A stretch of 63,936 bases of DNA, the filler included, from Polymyxa betae A26-41 (taxonomy: Eukaryota; Protista; Endomyxa: Phytomyxea), in assembly GCA_003693705.1 (NCBI GenBank). It is 5 parts of 5 records of this genome, joined end to end, with 100 filler letters (N's around TTAATTAATTAA, not from the genome) between each part and the next. Parts side by side here need not be neighbours in the genome. Positions count along the whole stretch, not along the records: positions 1 to 30,094 come from RBZT01000992.1; 4 more parts are not named here. One strand, written 5' to 3'. Of the stretch, positions 12,719 to 26,097 are shown piece after piece. Position numbers and translations under genes: made by a program. The notes beneath the pieces were generated by a model. That model had not been told where the DNA came from. It saw nothing but the letters and a program-made list of their open reading frames with translations, and made no database searches. The stretch's first letter is position 1. The number at the start of each line of letters is the position of its first letter.

Positions 12719-14591
12719 TTACCACGAGAAATTCTTCTTGGGCAGTTCTGCGACCTTAATGAACTCCTAGTTTCAATGAGCACATTTACACAGTGTAAAA
12801 TTGATAAAAAAAATCTTACTGAGAAGGAATCGGGTTTCAGATCAGAGACGATTTGGCCTTCCAGCAGTCTAGGGACCTGTAAAAGCTTATCTGTACTTCT
12901 TGAACCGCCAACTTTTTTTCGCGATATCTTCTCAATGGGTTGGTTTTTGTTTGAATCTGATTTGCTCCTTAATGTCTAGTTCCAGATTAGATATATCAAA
13001 GGAATAATACCTTCAGTATTAACTTTATCCTCAGCTGTTGATTTCCACCTAAGGAATCTACTGCCTTTTGCCTTTCGTGGCTCCGGTTCTTGTTTGGAGC
13101 TTTTCTGAGGGATTGCAAGCTTATAAATACTGCTGAGCTCACTGGAGATCTACAGCCATTCTCACATATTCAAACATTGACAGCAACAAGACTTTTACAC
13201 TTTGACTCCGACTACGGCGGCGAGCCCGCTCAACATCCATGCGCTGCGAATAGCTTAAAGAAGCACTGTCTCTAGGGCAACATCACTGAATAGTTGTTTT
13301 GAAAATTTTGAACGATTTACTCAAGTTCAGTAACCGAACGAGTTTCTTGTCCGTCATTCCTCTATACCGGCACAAAATCAGTACAATTGAGAGGGAGAAC
13401 TGTTATGGACAAGGACCGACACTGTCTTTGTTGTCATCGGATTCATTTTGAACTGATACTTGATCAGATTCGGTTTTCCATGATTTAAACATTTCAGACA
13501 GATACTTCTCCAAGGTTTCACCACTGAACTCCTATAAATTCTAGTCAACTGAATATGTTCAGCCACAAGATTCGTTGGTAAAATTCAACCGGTGGTAAGG
13601 ATAAGCTCATCTCGTCTGAGTGCACTTCAGTTGCCAGTTGAGGCGTTCCCAGTCCATCTGGCATCAAACGAGGAGGTTCTGTTTCGACATCAAGATGATC
13701 ATTATTGTGGTACTTCGCTAGAAAATCCTCTTGATATGCAATCAAACTCTGTAAGTAAGCTCAATCATGATAAAGCTAGATGGAACAATGACCTCCCGAA
13801 CCTCACAATAGCGTATCTGGTTTTTCAAGGATACAACCTAGAACTAATTCAGTATAACATGCTTTCTCTGTGATTGATACCATACTAAGGCTAATCTTGA
13901 TTTTCTCTCTGCCTTGTAAGTTTCGAGTTTATTTCTCGTCGCAATGATATGATCAAGTTCCCTTCGTGCAGGTTAAGTATTGGTATTCCATTTGACATTG
14001 TAGGACCAATACCTCTGAATCGTGTCGTGTTGATATATTACTAGATCAGACTTTGCACGAAGCTTGCTTAGCGTTCCGTTCAGTCTTGCTCGATACTATA
14101 ATTCAAATTCAATAACTAAAACATTCATTAGTTGAAATAACCTTAGACAATGCAGAACGTTCATTTGACAGCACATAATGAATATCAGATTCTGATTTTT
14201 GTGCGGCAACCGCTGCTTTCAAAATATTCAGACGATTCTGAAGTCTCAATAAATAGTAATCAATAATCAATGGAATCTGACAAACCAAAAAAGCTTGAAA
14301 TGAGATATTTTCCGCTATTTGACGCATCTCCCAAATCTGCGATTTCTTATCACGAGACGATCTATATTAACACATTCAAACTGATACCGTTTGTGCATAT
14401 TCGTCAGAAAGCGGATTATTGCTCACTTCCTGCTCATGATTAAGGACTTGATGGAAGTGGTTCAAAAAATCAGATGATAGCAGTTGCCGCAATCCATATT
14501 CGACAATAAGGTCCTCAGTAGAAGACCCCTGAAATGCAGCCGCTACTTGATGGGCGCCTGCAATGACCAAGATGAATAACCATAAAGCCAT
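12719..14591 (-). CDS. Putative secreted protein of unknown function, multi-exon
   Basis: Signal peptide MALWLFILVIAGAHQVAA, coiled-coil-like middle exons and a low-complexity basic C-terminal half. The last exon is EFIKVAELPKKNFSW*. Confidence 0.62.
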
Positions 14592-15070
14592 GTGATCGTG
14601 TCGAACAGTGTCTGTCTAAGAGCAATGATTGATTTAGATTCAGGGACAGGGGGTTACTTCAATTTCATCTTATGATTGTTGGCCTCTGGCGTAACCTCGC
14701 TATATATTAACTCAGGTTAATACATAACCACATTATATAATACCTACATGTTGTCATGTTGACATCAACACTTGGTTGTTCTGCAGATGATCGAATGGAA
14801 ATCGTAATCGAGAATAGCCACCCAGGTAAATTCTAATCTCTACTGAATGAGACCGGTCTATTCTGTGATCATATCATATATAAATACATAATTCTTGAAA
14901 ACCCGAGCTTTATACAATCTATGCTCTCTGAACTATAAGCGTCAATCACAAGTTACCAAAGCAATTTTGCTTCTGCTCATGCATAGCAATTGTCAGTTTA
15001 TCGGAACCAATTATTATGAGCTGTTCATATTTTGACTCGCTGTGCGTGTCTGCACAAATCAGTCATTATT

Positions 15071-16036
15071 ATGAAGACGGAAGATCTGCTCAGTCTCGAG
15101 CTTGATGTTCGTCGTGATCTGGCATCTTTGGCTACTGATACTGTTAGGGTCTCTGAGGCCCATGAGATCAGTATTCGGGTCAGATTGGCACTGGGACGTT
15201 TGACACAAATGGCTGAAGCTTCGACAATTCCTGTTTCGACTACAGAGGCGCGACGCTTTCAAGAGCATTATCGTCAGCAAGCTGCTCAAATACTTCAACA
15301 GTATGCTTTCAAACCAAAACGATTATTGTTTGAGCGATGCTAGTATCGTCATGAATTTAGATCTTAGTCAAATATTCTCAATTCAATCCATTATCCTTGG
15401 TAATTATTTACCGTAGGTTAAAAATTGAGCTTCGGAAAGCTAATATCAGTTTTGAAAGGAACCGGCTAAAGTTTAGTGAAAGGGAACGTGAAGATTTAAT
15501 GAGCAGGATCACAAGGTTATATTTTATGGCATTCGTAACATGCAAATTCATGTCAAAACGCAGATCGTCAAAGGACGCTGACAGAACCGATTTCAGTGAT
15601 GATGCAGCATTACAGCAAGCTCGAAACGTCACCGCGGCCCTAGAACGCACTCGGCAAATGCTGCAGGATCAAATTCAGTTCAGTCAAGATGTTCATGAAA
15701 AGATGGATGAAGGCACTGAGCTCATCCTTCGAACTGAAGATACACTTGGTTGGCAACAAGTTTCTTTTACTTAACTCCCCAAGCTGAGCTTCTAAACGGT
15801 TGATAGGTGGGATCCGTAGCTCTTCAGATTTGACAAGAGAAGCTCAAGCCCGGATTAGACGTCGAGAGAAAACTGACCGGCTACTGATTGCAATTGGATT
15901 TCTGTTTTACTTACTTGTAATTGTCTATATATTCAACAAGCGAGTTGGTCTTCGAGTTTGGTTCATTATCGATTCGATCATCGGTTTGATTACTTCTGTC
16001 CTGTCATCTAATAACGACGACGTTAGAGACATCTAA
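15071..16036 (+). CDS. SEC20: Sec20/BNIP1 ER SNARE
   Basis: SNARE segment ARNVTAALERTRQMLQDQIQFS..., then RRREKTDRLLIAIGFLFYLLVIVYIFNKRV (typical Sec20 pre-TM/TM region). About 3 introns. Confidence 0.85.
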
Positions 16037-16368
16037 ACATAAATATGCTCATTGATAAATATCACATTGGTGAGTTTTATGGATTATATTTTTTCTACAG
16101 TGAGAATCGCGACGGCTCTACCAACGTTCTGTGATAACATTCTTAAGGCTGAAAAGTGTGACCGCGCCGGCTTGAATTGAAAAAATTTGTGCGCGCTGGA
16201 ACCATTTTCTGTGTTGAAGATTTTTTGCACTTTCGTTTAGCTAGCAGCATTGTATCTGACCGATCATCCTGTGACTTCCTCCCTGCTCGTCATTGCAAGC
16301 CGTCAATTTTCCAGAATCACTTTGGGACATCCAATCTTGCGAAATCTTGTTACCCGCCGCCTTCCTAA

Positions 16369-16773
16369 ATGCAGGTAGTGCCTATATAATGCTTTCTGGA
16401 AAAATATTGAATTTGGCTTCTAGTCGGCAGAATCCAAAAAAGAAGAATTTCAGTCGTATCTTGAAAAGAGCGGTGTTATAGACGCCCTCACCAAAGTGCT
16501 GGTTGGACTTTATGAGGTCTTACAAAGTTTTGCCTTTGATTTTCGGGACTAAAACTCTATCAGGCGCAAGAAAGGCCTGCAGCTGAAAACGCTATCGATT
16601 TTATCAAAGATTATTTAGGCGCTCCGATCGGCGTTGATATTGATGAACTACGTAAAACCTGTGAGCGACAAAAGGAAGAAATTACCTCCAAAGATAAAAC
16701 TATCGCAGAGCTGACCGCTAAACTCGAAGAACTTATGAAACAGATTCCGGCACAAGCAGCTGCCGCTCAGTAA
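16369..16773 (+). CDS. MYCBP: c-Myc-binding protein (AMY-1) homolog, 3 exons; absent from the ORF track
   Basis: Spliced: MQ|SAESKKEEFQSYLEKSGVIDALTKVLVGLYE|AQERPAAENAIDFIKDYLGAPIG...AAAAQ*. It contains the EEF..YLEK.GV.DALTKVLV.LYE hallmark. Confidence 0.92.
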
Positions 16774-16892
16774 TATTTCGTCTATTCATATAAAACATCA
16801 TTTCAAAGCTCTTTTTTTGCAGTGAAACTGTGATAGAAGAGCTGAAATAGGTGTATTATGTTGAACAATGATTATTGACAGAAAAAATGGGA

Positions 16893-17789
16893 TCATTTTC
16901 CTCTTTTACGTCTGTCGCCACGTCCTCGACGAGATCCAGCACTGGACCCGCCTCGCTTCTCGCTTTTTCCTGTCATCCGTACACTCGCCTGAAACAACAG
17001 AAAGTGAGCTACACAAAACGCAATAGTATGTTAACGGATAAGATAATCAGTGGCATATCCAAAAAAATTGAGATACCTCGCCATAAAGCTGCATCTCAAG
17101 GCTAACAAGTTTCGACTGAAATCCAGGATTAATATTGACATGGTCGTATTTCGATTCCAGATGCTTGATAGCTTGACTTAAGGGCAGTTTCTTATTCTGG
17201 CGTTCAGTAGCTATCATCATGTAAGCAATCACAATGCAAGGCGCCTACAACAGCAAGCATATAAACAACGGTCGCAAATCAGTAGGCGATTATTACGCGA
17301 CTAAAGCCGTCTTCAGAAAAAACCAGAACTTTTTTCTCCTACGAACCGACATCAACTCAGATTTAGGCACAGTCGATAGAGCGTCTTACGTCTTGTTTGG
17401 CCTTTAGAATCATTTCAAACGCAGATTGAAAATATTTGGAAATATCCTCATCAATGACCTGAAAAGGCTTTAACGATAATCGCATTAATAAAAAATACTG
17501 ACGTTCTCAATGGGTAGGGTGGAATACGTTTCGTACAGATGTACGATGTCATCATCGAAATTCACGTCTTCTGAACTGCAATTTAAAGCATAGTGGATGC
17601 CTGGAAATTGATATTAGCAAGTTCAAAGCCGAGAAGAAAACGCCAACCTAATTCCTTAATCTGCTGCGCGTTGCAGGCAGCAGAAGCATCACCAATATAA
17701 AGATAAGGTAGAACTTGGGCAATGACCCCAGGAGAGTCCTCAACTTCATTGTCGGATTCGCTTGACACTAAAACATCTTCATGATTCAT
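16893..17789 (-). CDS. Dual-specificity phosphatase-fold protein, predicted catalytically dead (STYX/MK-STYX-like)
   Basis: DSP motifs QVLPYLYIGD, IHYALNC, DISKYF, IVIAYMM and INPGFQSKL are present. The P-loop reads KVLVFSEDGFSRA instead of VHCxxGxSRS. Confidence 0.85.
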
Positions 17790-18086
17790 GGCAGCAAAAT
17801 GCAAAGGAGGTCACTCGCTGATGGAAATAGAATTCGCAAATACGCAAAATATTCAATAATCTTACACTACTTATAAACCCTAATACAGTTACCGAATACC
17901 AGTAGACAGTAGGCGTTAAACCAAATGATCCGATCAATTTTGGAAAACGCACGACTTTTGATTTGTTTATTGCCCTATCAATAGATAAAAATCGCTGAGG
18001 TTGCTGATTAGCCATAATGATTTATCAAATATGGAATTTGGTGAGTCATTTGAAAGTTCCGGAGTGCAAACCGAATCTTGTTGCTG

Positions 18087-19679
18087 ATGAGAATATTGGT
18101 GTTGGTACTGCTCTTGGCATTCGGTGAATGTCACTTCTCTCACTCATTTTCCGATTCAGACTCACACCAAGTTCAAGGTACCAAGACGACTAACACTCCA
18201 ACTACACAAAAAACTGTCAAATTCGATCACAAACACAGAAACAGCATGGGGTATTCACATCATGACGACCATCTCTGGTAATAAACAGACTGTCAAACCG
18301 AACAGAATTCAATCTTTCGATGCTCTCATTGAGACAACACCGGTCTCATTGCTATGTTCTACAAGGCAAAACAGTAACCAACCGCAATTAGGAAAGCAAT
18401 TTTTGGCAAGCCGGCCAGGCTGGCCGACATCTCGGTCGTTTAGCAAGAAGTTATCACGATATTTTGTTAAGAAAGTTATTTGTAAAAATTGCGAGGTGGT
18501 GTCTAATATATAGCTACGGTGCCGGCTTGGGGTCAATCAACAGTCGTGAGTTGAGACTCAATCAAGCTCAGAGGTATTGTTCTCTTCTCCTTCATTCTGC
18601 TTCTTATCCCATCTCTTACCTCCAATATTTTCTCCATTTCTCTCTGGTTAGAGATGACCCTCACTTCTACTGCTACCTCCCGAACCGCCACACCAACATT
18701 CGAAAAGAATCTCAATATCCAGAAGATACCATCGCTCAGTGTCAATCCAAAACATTTCATCGACTTACTTCGTAATCAAACGGCTTTGATTCGGCAGACG
18801 CCACTGCCTCAAGGGCTGGCCTATGAACCATGTGATCTATCAGTATTCGGTCCAGACATTGCTGTCACTGTTCGTAAATTTGTTCCCGTTAATTCTCGTT
18901 CATCAACAATTGTTGCATCTACACAACGTCTCGTTAATGCACTTCAAAACTATTTATCCAACTCTGGATCTGCATTCCATTTGGCTGATTCTATCTGTGA
19001 TTTCTGTCAAACGGTGCGAATGTCCCGATTTACAGCTCCATCGTTACTACAATCGTTAATAGATCAGGAAGCTGAAAACGGCGTCCTTCTGCCACTTACG
19101 AATGCTTTGAAGGCACTTTCACAGAACAATCATTCTGAAGCGTTCGCCTGCGTTCAGCAATTACGAAATTCGAACCTGTATCGGGAAGCTGTTACTATTT
19201 CCATGACTGATATTGCCTGTAACAAGATTCGACGCCATCTTCACACTTTGCAGAAACTCATCTCTTCTTGGAAATCTCGAAGCGATTCCGACGCCTTCCA
19301 GTCGTATATTCCATGGTCGTCTTCATCGTCTCTTCTGTTAGAAACCACTCTACAAATCATAACCTGGCTTCACAAGTTCGTGATTCAATCGTATATTCCT
19401 GACGAACATGAAGATTCTCTTATGTCAAATCTATGTTTGTTATCTGGATCTGTAGCCAGTGCAGCGCAGGATCTCCTCCTGGCCTCTACAGCTGATGAAG
19501 CTCGCATGGAATTATCCTGTTTCTGGGTGTCCGTCAAAGCGTTAATTGATCTCTTGGCTAGTGAAGAGCAATTCGGTGACGAATCCCTGCAAGGGACACA
19601 TACAGGGCGCCAACTAGTGTTTCACCATTTAAAAAGAATGCAATCGGCCAGGAACAAAATCAGAGAATGCCTCAACTAA
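18087..19679 (+). CDS. Putative secreted/helical protein of unknown function
   Basis: Signal peptide MRILVLVLLLAFGEC, short 5' exons and a 341-aa terminal ORF (18654-19679). Joining them into one gene is inferred. Confidence 0.55.
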
Positions 19680-19898
19680 ACTGTCGGGATGATCTATGCT
19701 GGCAACTTTAAAGTGTGACTTCTTAATCCGATTATTAAAGTTCATCTACCTACAGATTTTCATGTAAATTATAAACCGAACTTTCCGAGAAAATATTATC
19801 TGAGGGCAGATTACGTTTCAGATTTGTATACTTAGTTGGTCAGAGGTAATACTTGACAGTTATCTACCTAGTTAAGCTATTTGTTTAGAGATAACATC

Positions 19899-20884
19899 AT
19901 GCTGCTGCTTGTTATCGTTGTGATCTTTGTGTTGGCAGTCAATGCACAACTGGATCCTCAGCTGCCAGATGCCGTTCAGTATCCATCAAAAGGCATAAGG
20001 CTAGCTCAGTGTTGCAATGCTATTCTTTCAAGGGTACCTGGACTGGATTATTTCCCATCGCACTCAACATTGCTCGGGCTGCATCATTTCAACCAAATAC
20101 AGCCCTGGGATACATCCATAGATTTCTCTTTCGACTCCTCGACATTTCGAGTACGCATATGGTTTAGGTTGGATTGCAGACTAATCACTCGGTTTAGGAT
20201 GTTGTTATCGAATTTGTGAGATCCAGCGACTGCTTAGACGCCGAAATGCTTATCTGGAACTGGAAAACCAGTTCCTTTGTCAAAGCAGAAAAAGCACCAT
20301 CAGAATACCACTTATGGAATGGAAATTATGCAGAGTTGTTTCATAGGATGAGGTTTGTGTGGAGAGATAAGGATCCATTACTGGTAAAAGCTTTGACCGT
20401 TTCGCCTTTCTTCTTAACCTAACTAATATCCACAAGACACCAGCCGTAAACCTTTACTCGATCGCCCGACAGGCCGACTCTGAACTTCGCTGGACGGTTG
20501 TTCCTTATGGTAGAGCCAAGCAGAAATTTTATCAGTTTTTTTAATGAATACCCAGAGAAATCTCAGCAGACAAAGTTTGCTTCAGACCTACCTCCGACTC
20601 TGTTTTTCCCGACCATTCCATGCAATCTTGCCGAACTTGGCCGAACGCGATGTCCTTCAGATATCGAGTTGTATTTGAATACGATGTTCAGTGGTCAATG
20701 GCGAACGCCATGGAAAGTCTGGGACGACGAGTCTGAAAAATATGTTGAGCTAATTGTGGTCAAGACGGCAGGGGACGAATCAATGTCTTTTGTGACCAAA
20801 GATTGTGCAATATTGCTGGGCGTGTTCGTGGGCTTTTTTATGACAGCAATTTATAGACGAAGAGGCGTTCCCAAGAAAGAGTAA
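19899..20884 (+). CDS. LicD/fukutin-like nucleotidyltransferase-fold membrane protein (divergent motif)
   Basis: Signal peptide, YFPSHSTLLGLHHFNQIQPWDTSIDF (cf. GTLLG.....IPWDxDxD), CPSDIELYLNTMFSGQWRTP (cf. P...E.YL...YG..W..P), and a C-terminal TM with a basic tail. Confidence 0.68.
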
Positions 20885-20971
20885 TTACTTAGATATTGTA
20901 GTTTTTTAAATAATAGAACATTAAGCTAAAGAATTTATTTCAATCAATATCAATCGTATCAAAGATTTCGC

Positions 20972-21806
20972 CTAAATGTTTTCCCATGCTGCCTGTTTGT
21001 TATTGAAAGGAGAATGGATAAAGTTTTTCGTTTCCATGTAGGTCGATATCTGTGGGATATCTTCAATTCTGGTACAGAAATTACGAAGATTGCCATATTT
21101 ATCCATCATATTGTTGCTTAGCGTGCTATACTGCTGCACCATTTCGTATAACAGGAAATCTATCACAAACCATTAATTAGCTGAAAGATTAATGAAGAAA
21201 GAACATAGAACAAGCATACCAGCGTAAGAGATGTAATCACCAGCGAGAAAATCACTTTTTAAGTATCGATTGAATTTATCCAAGACAGGAGCAGCAGTCT
21301 CAACCATAAAGTTGGGTAACAATTCTCTGAATTTTTGATTATAGCATAGGCCAGTATACTTAGAGCGGCAATCAGCAATCTCCTGAGCCACCATTTCAAG
21401 TTTAGCACGCTCTTTAGCATTACGACCACACATATCATGGAGCCTATAACACTGTGTAAGTTCAAGCTCTAGTTGCAAAGTGAGTAATGACGTACTCGGC
21501 AATGTATTTCAAAATCGCCATCGATTGGGTGATCTTGAAATTCCCGTCAAGTAAATAAGGAAGATTTGGAAAATCCAGGCCGAGAGTCTCTTTCTCGTTA
21601 AACCATTCACTTCGATCCCAATTAGGCGCCTCTCCCTTTAGATGATACAGGTTGTCCTTGAAATCGGTGTCGGTATAGCCTATACGGTATTCCCATCAAG
21701 AAACTGGCAATAATCCTAGTACGATGTGCTTACTCAGCAGTAGACGAATAGGCTGGGCAAGACCCCGAATGGCCCAATAGCCCAGAATGACTTGGTTAGA
21801 CGACAT
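20972..21806 (-). CDS. Glutathione S-transferase, mu class
   Basis: ILGYWAIRGLAQPIRLLL, mu-loop GEAPNWDRSEW, LGLDFPNLPYLLDG.KITQSMAILKYIA, and C-terminal PFNNKQAAW. Confidence 0.93.
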
Positions 21807-22197
21807 AGAATGTGATACAAAAGACGCAATTTGGTTGGTGCTCTTTCCACTTACCGGCAATGACTGCTCATTAAAATTCAGCAGGAACATTCGTCTACGT
21901 TATCAGTTTAATACGATCATCTGTTCTTTCATTCCTGCATAGTTCTTGAAAGAAAATGCACATGTATCTCTAAGTAGCAATTTCATCCTTTGTAACCTTT
22001 TCACTTTGTGCACAGATGCCGTCATTAGAATTTGCGATTCTTTCCAGTGTCCGATTCTCATCCAGAAGGTGGATCTCGATAAATCTGGCTTGGTTAGAAC
22101 AAGAGACAGAGCGAGATAGACCGACGAATCGTGTTGTTGCTTAAGAAAGAAAGTTACTGGGAATCCTACGGACCATTTCCTCATTTACAGAGCAAAC

Positions 22198-24852
22198 ATG
22201 ATACTACTGAGCTCATATCGCATTAATCGACATCTAATATCACGATCTTTGAATACATACTACTATACATCTATTCGAACTACTGCTAACATCGCCCACA
22301 AAAATGACGATCAATCGCCTTCTGCCATGGCCTTGTTAAAGCTAGCCAAGCCTGAATGGCGTCTATTGAGTGTTGGTTTTGCAGCACTTGTTACTGGAAC
22401 TGCAGCTCAAATCGCCATTCCTATCGGGTTCTCAGCAATGGTCTTTCAACTAACAAATCTGTCAAAAGTGAACTCATCAGATTGCGCTCAGGTGGATTCA
22501 GCTACAGCTGGCAATGTAATTGGCAACCTGCCAACTGTTCCCATATTGAATCTACCTTTTCTCAAAGAGGTTCATGATCTTCTTTCTCAGCTTTAGGTTT
22601 TTGACACGTTATCTTAGAATCTATCGTTTCCAACCTCTTTAGCATCTCTATTCGTTATTACCGGTGTAGCAAACGCAGCACGAATTCAATGCTTCGCCAT
22701 GGCTAGTGCTCGATTAGTAATGCGGTTACGACAGAAATTATTCGATCAGGTAATTTCTTTCTAAACAGTCTTCACTAATTTAACCATAGTCAGATTCTGA
22801 ATCAACCAATGTCGTTTTTTGACAAAAATCGTTCAGGCGGCTTGGTATCTCGATTATCCAATGATGTATATGGTAGATATATGTTGATGCATGACTCTGT
22901 TCAATATAACGAGATTTCAGTAATGTCGGATGCGATATCGGGTGAGACAGTAATGAATGGTATCAGACACTCTGTACAGCTTGTATCAACGAGTGCTGTC
23001 ATGGTTTATATTTCACCTTCATTATCCTGTATATTATTAGGTATCATACATTTCAAACAGACTTTTCCGATTTCGTAGTTTCATGTATTTCAATCTGATA
23101 AAGTATTCATGTACAGCAATTGGACCAGCTGTAGCTGGTAGTGGATACTTCTATGGTCGCTATGTTAAACGGGTAATGTCCAAATTGAAGTATTCCCTAA
23201 TTTTTGATTATGTAATTAGATCAGTAGTGAAGTTCAACGTAGTTTAGGAGCGGCATCTGCAACAGCCGAAGAACGATTTAGTGCCATTCGAATGGTGAAA
23301 GCCTTCACAGCTGAATTGTATGAATCACAGCTCTACCGAAAGTGTATTGTTGATGTATATGACAATTCTGTATGACCAGACTCGTTTTAAACTTCAAAAT
23401 CGATCAATACTAATATGCCTTTAGTTGCGTTATGCACGAGCCACATCTGTTTTTAATTTATTCACATCGATGGTTGGAAATGTGTCATTACTATCAGTAT
23501 TAGCATATGGGTCATATCTCATTGGTACTGGACATCTAACAGCTGGTCAACTGACAGCTTTCGGACTGTGTAATGCGTTCCTCGACAATTCCTGATATCA
23601 GTGTTGACATTGTTTCTATCAGATACATTGTATTTCGGTATCAGTATTGTGGGCCTATCAAAGTTCTGGGGTGATTTCATGAAAGGAATTGGATCATCGC
23701 AGCATGTATGGGCTTTATTAAATCAACCCATGAATTTGAATGCCGGTATGGTGTATATATTCATTAACAATGCTGTTAGTTCTAATTATGCAAAGAACCT
23801 CTAAAACCGCTCTTGATTCCAAATCAATGTTTCGGTCGAATTCAGATGAAGAATGTGACGTTTCGATATCCAGCACGACCAACCCTGCATATTCTTGGTA
23901 GGACCGATATGATGTTGTTTCGTTAGATGTCCAATGAAATGTATCCACAGATAATGTGTCTTTGAATTTTGAGCCAAATTCGATAACAGCGTTAGTTGGT
24001 GAAAGGTGTGCTTTTCATCTCATTGATCTTTTTTTTTTTATGTAAATCCTGACTATTTTCATCTAGTGGTAGTGGGAAATCAACGCTGATCTGGCTACTG
24101 CTAAAACTTTACCAATTAAAGTCTGGTTCTATCCTATTAGATGGGATAGAAATAGACACTATCGATTCAACATGGATAAGACAACAAATCGGTACAATGC
24201 ATCTTTGGAACAATTGGTATCTAGTATTCAACAACAATGAAGGTATTGTGAGCCAAGATTCTGCCATATTTTATGGGACAGTAGCTGATAATATTCGATA
24301 TGGCCTACCTACTGCCTCCATGGATCAGATTGAAAATGCAGCCAGGACAGCACAAGCTTACGAGTTTGTTCAAAGTTTACCACTACAATTTCAAACTGTA
24401 TCTGCTCTAAAAAAACCTGTCCTAGTTCTTTAAATATGCTGTGCTAGATTATTGGCCAGAATGGAGTTGATTTATCTGGAGGTCAACGGCAACGGTTAGC
24501 AATTGCTCGAGCTATTTTAAAGAATGCCCCTGTATTAATCCTTGATGAAGGTATTTGTCTTGAAATCTTGAATTGCTCTAATACCTGTTGGGATCATCTA
24601 ACACTGTATATAGCAACAAGCGCATTAGACGCCCAGAATGAGCGCCTAATCAACAATGCTCTGGAAACTGTGCTAAAAAGTCGGACAACCATTTTAATAG
24701 CACATAGACCAAGTACATTCAAAAAGGCCAACAGAATAGTCTTGTTAAAAGAGGGTCATGTCGCTGGTCAAGGCACATATGATGAACTTATCGCTGATCC
24801 AACCGATATTGGCAGGTATTTCCGAAATCTTATTCAGCATAATAATAAATAG
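22198..24852 (+). CDS. ABCB10: Mitochondrial ABCB10/MDL1-like ABC half transporter
   Basis: Presequence-like N-terminus, [29 protein letters not shown], Walker [24 protein letters not shown] and ILDEATSALD. Many GT-AG introns. Confidence 0.88.
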
Positions 24853-24920
24853 AAAAAGTGCGCGTACAATACAAGTGCGAATTTTTTGTGCGCGATTTAT
24901 CGGGTTGCTGCATTATGCTA

Positions 24921-26037
24921 CCAGTAAATTTTTTTACGCGTAATTCACGAAATACCCCAAATCCGCAGTTTTAAAAATTACAGTGGCGCACTTTCGACTG
25001 GGCGCACGATTCTCGATTATATTAAAGCTAGCTTGAGACATGGCAGAGCACACCAAGGAATCTTTACAGAATGGATAGTGAATGTTGCAGATTGCGAACT
25101 TTCGCCTTAACAGAGCCGTCTCTCTGCCTAACCCGGAAGTTTACGTTCTTGAACAGATAAACTGATTACTGAACGACAAAGAGCTATAAATTTTGGTCTG
25201 TTCACTTTTGTGGACGAAATAATCGCAGTTCATCCTAACGCATTTTAATCGTAACCTCTGTCGGAAAGCTGTAATGCTCCCGAAGGGCGACTGCAGCTCT
25301 TGGAAAGGCTCACAGCTCGTGACAACTTCAAATGAAGCCATTACGTCTCTAAAGACAAAGATACGTTAAAATACTCGAAAATCGTGCGTCCATTCGAAAG
25401 TGCGCCACTGTAATTTTTTAAACTGCGGTTTTGGGGTATTTCGAGAATAAAAGATTCAGATTTGGGGTATTTTGTGAATTACGCGATTTTTTTATTAAGA
25501 CCCTGAAACATTTTCTCAGGGTTTAGGGTGCTAGAGACGTTCAGGGTCTTATTCTTAGGCCTTCAGCAGCGTTTCAGGGTCTTAACATTATGAAAAAATA
25601 GCGGTTTTTATTATTGTTTGAGATGAAAGTCTGGCTCAAAATCTAACTTCATGCAAATAAAGGTTGATTCCTTAATACACTTTCGAGCTCGGTCAGCTAG
25701 AACCGCCATATAGGCTCTAGGACCGATAGGTTCACCGTAACAGTCACATCCCAGAGTTTCCTTAGCAGAACCGTTAAATACATTGATCCAGTGATCCTAC
25801 TAAAACTAAAAGACCGTGTTGCTAAAATCTTCGAAAGCACATCAATATAATGATATTTCCTAAAAATCCTTCAATTTTCAGGTTTATTGCTTCTTTTAAG
25901 ACCCTGAAAGCACAATATTCCGGGGATTTTTTTGTTAAGACCCTGAAACCATTCTGAAAGTAGGGTTCAGGGTGTTAAGCCATCAAATTCAGGGTTCAGG
26001 GCTTATTAAAAATTGTCTTAACAAAAAAAAAATACTG
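24921..26037. mobile_element. Non-autonomous TIR element (Tc1/pogo-type MITE) with internal TTAAGACCCTGAAA repeats
   Basis: After removing the nested MITE, the ends are CAGTAAATTTTTTTATTAAGAC and GTCTTAACAAAAAAAAAATACTG, with TA flanks (left one offset by 1 nt). Direct and inverted AAGACCCTGAA repeats lie inside. Confidence 0.6.
24937..25485. mobile_element. Mutator-type MITE
   Basis: TIRs CGCGTAATTCAC..AATACCCCAAATC extend into an ~85-bp inverted repeat. Exact 9-bp TSD ATTTTTTTA at 24928-36 and 25486-94. Confidence 0.85.
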
Positions 26038-26097
26038 TACCGGTACTGTAGCGATTAATTAAACGTGCCCATGCCGCGTAAATTAATTTGCTCTCTA

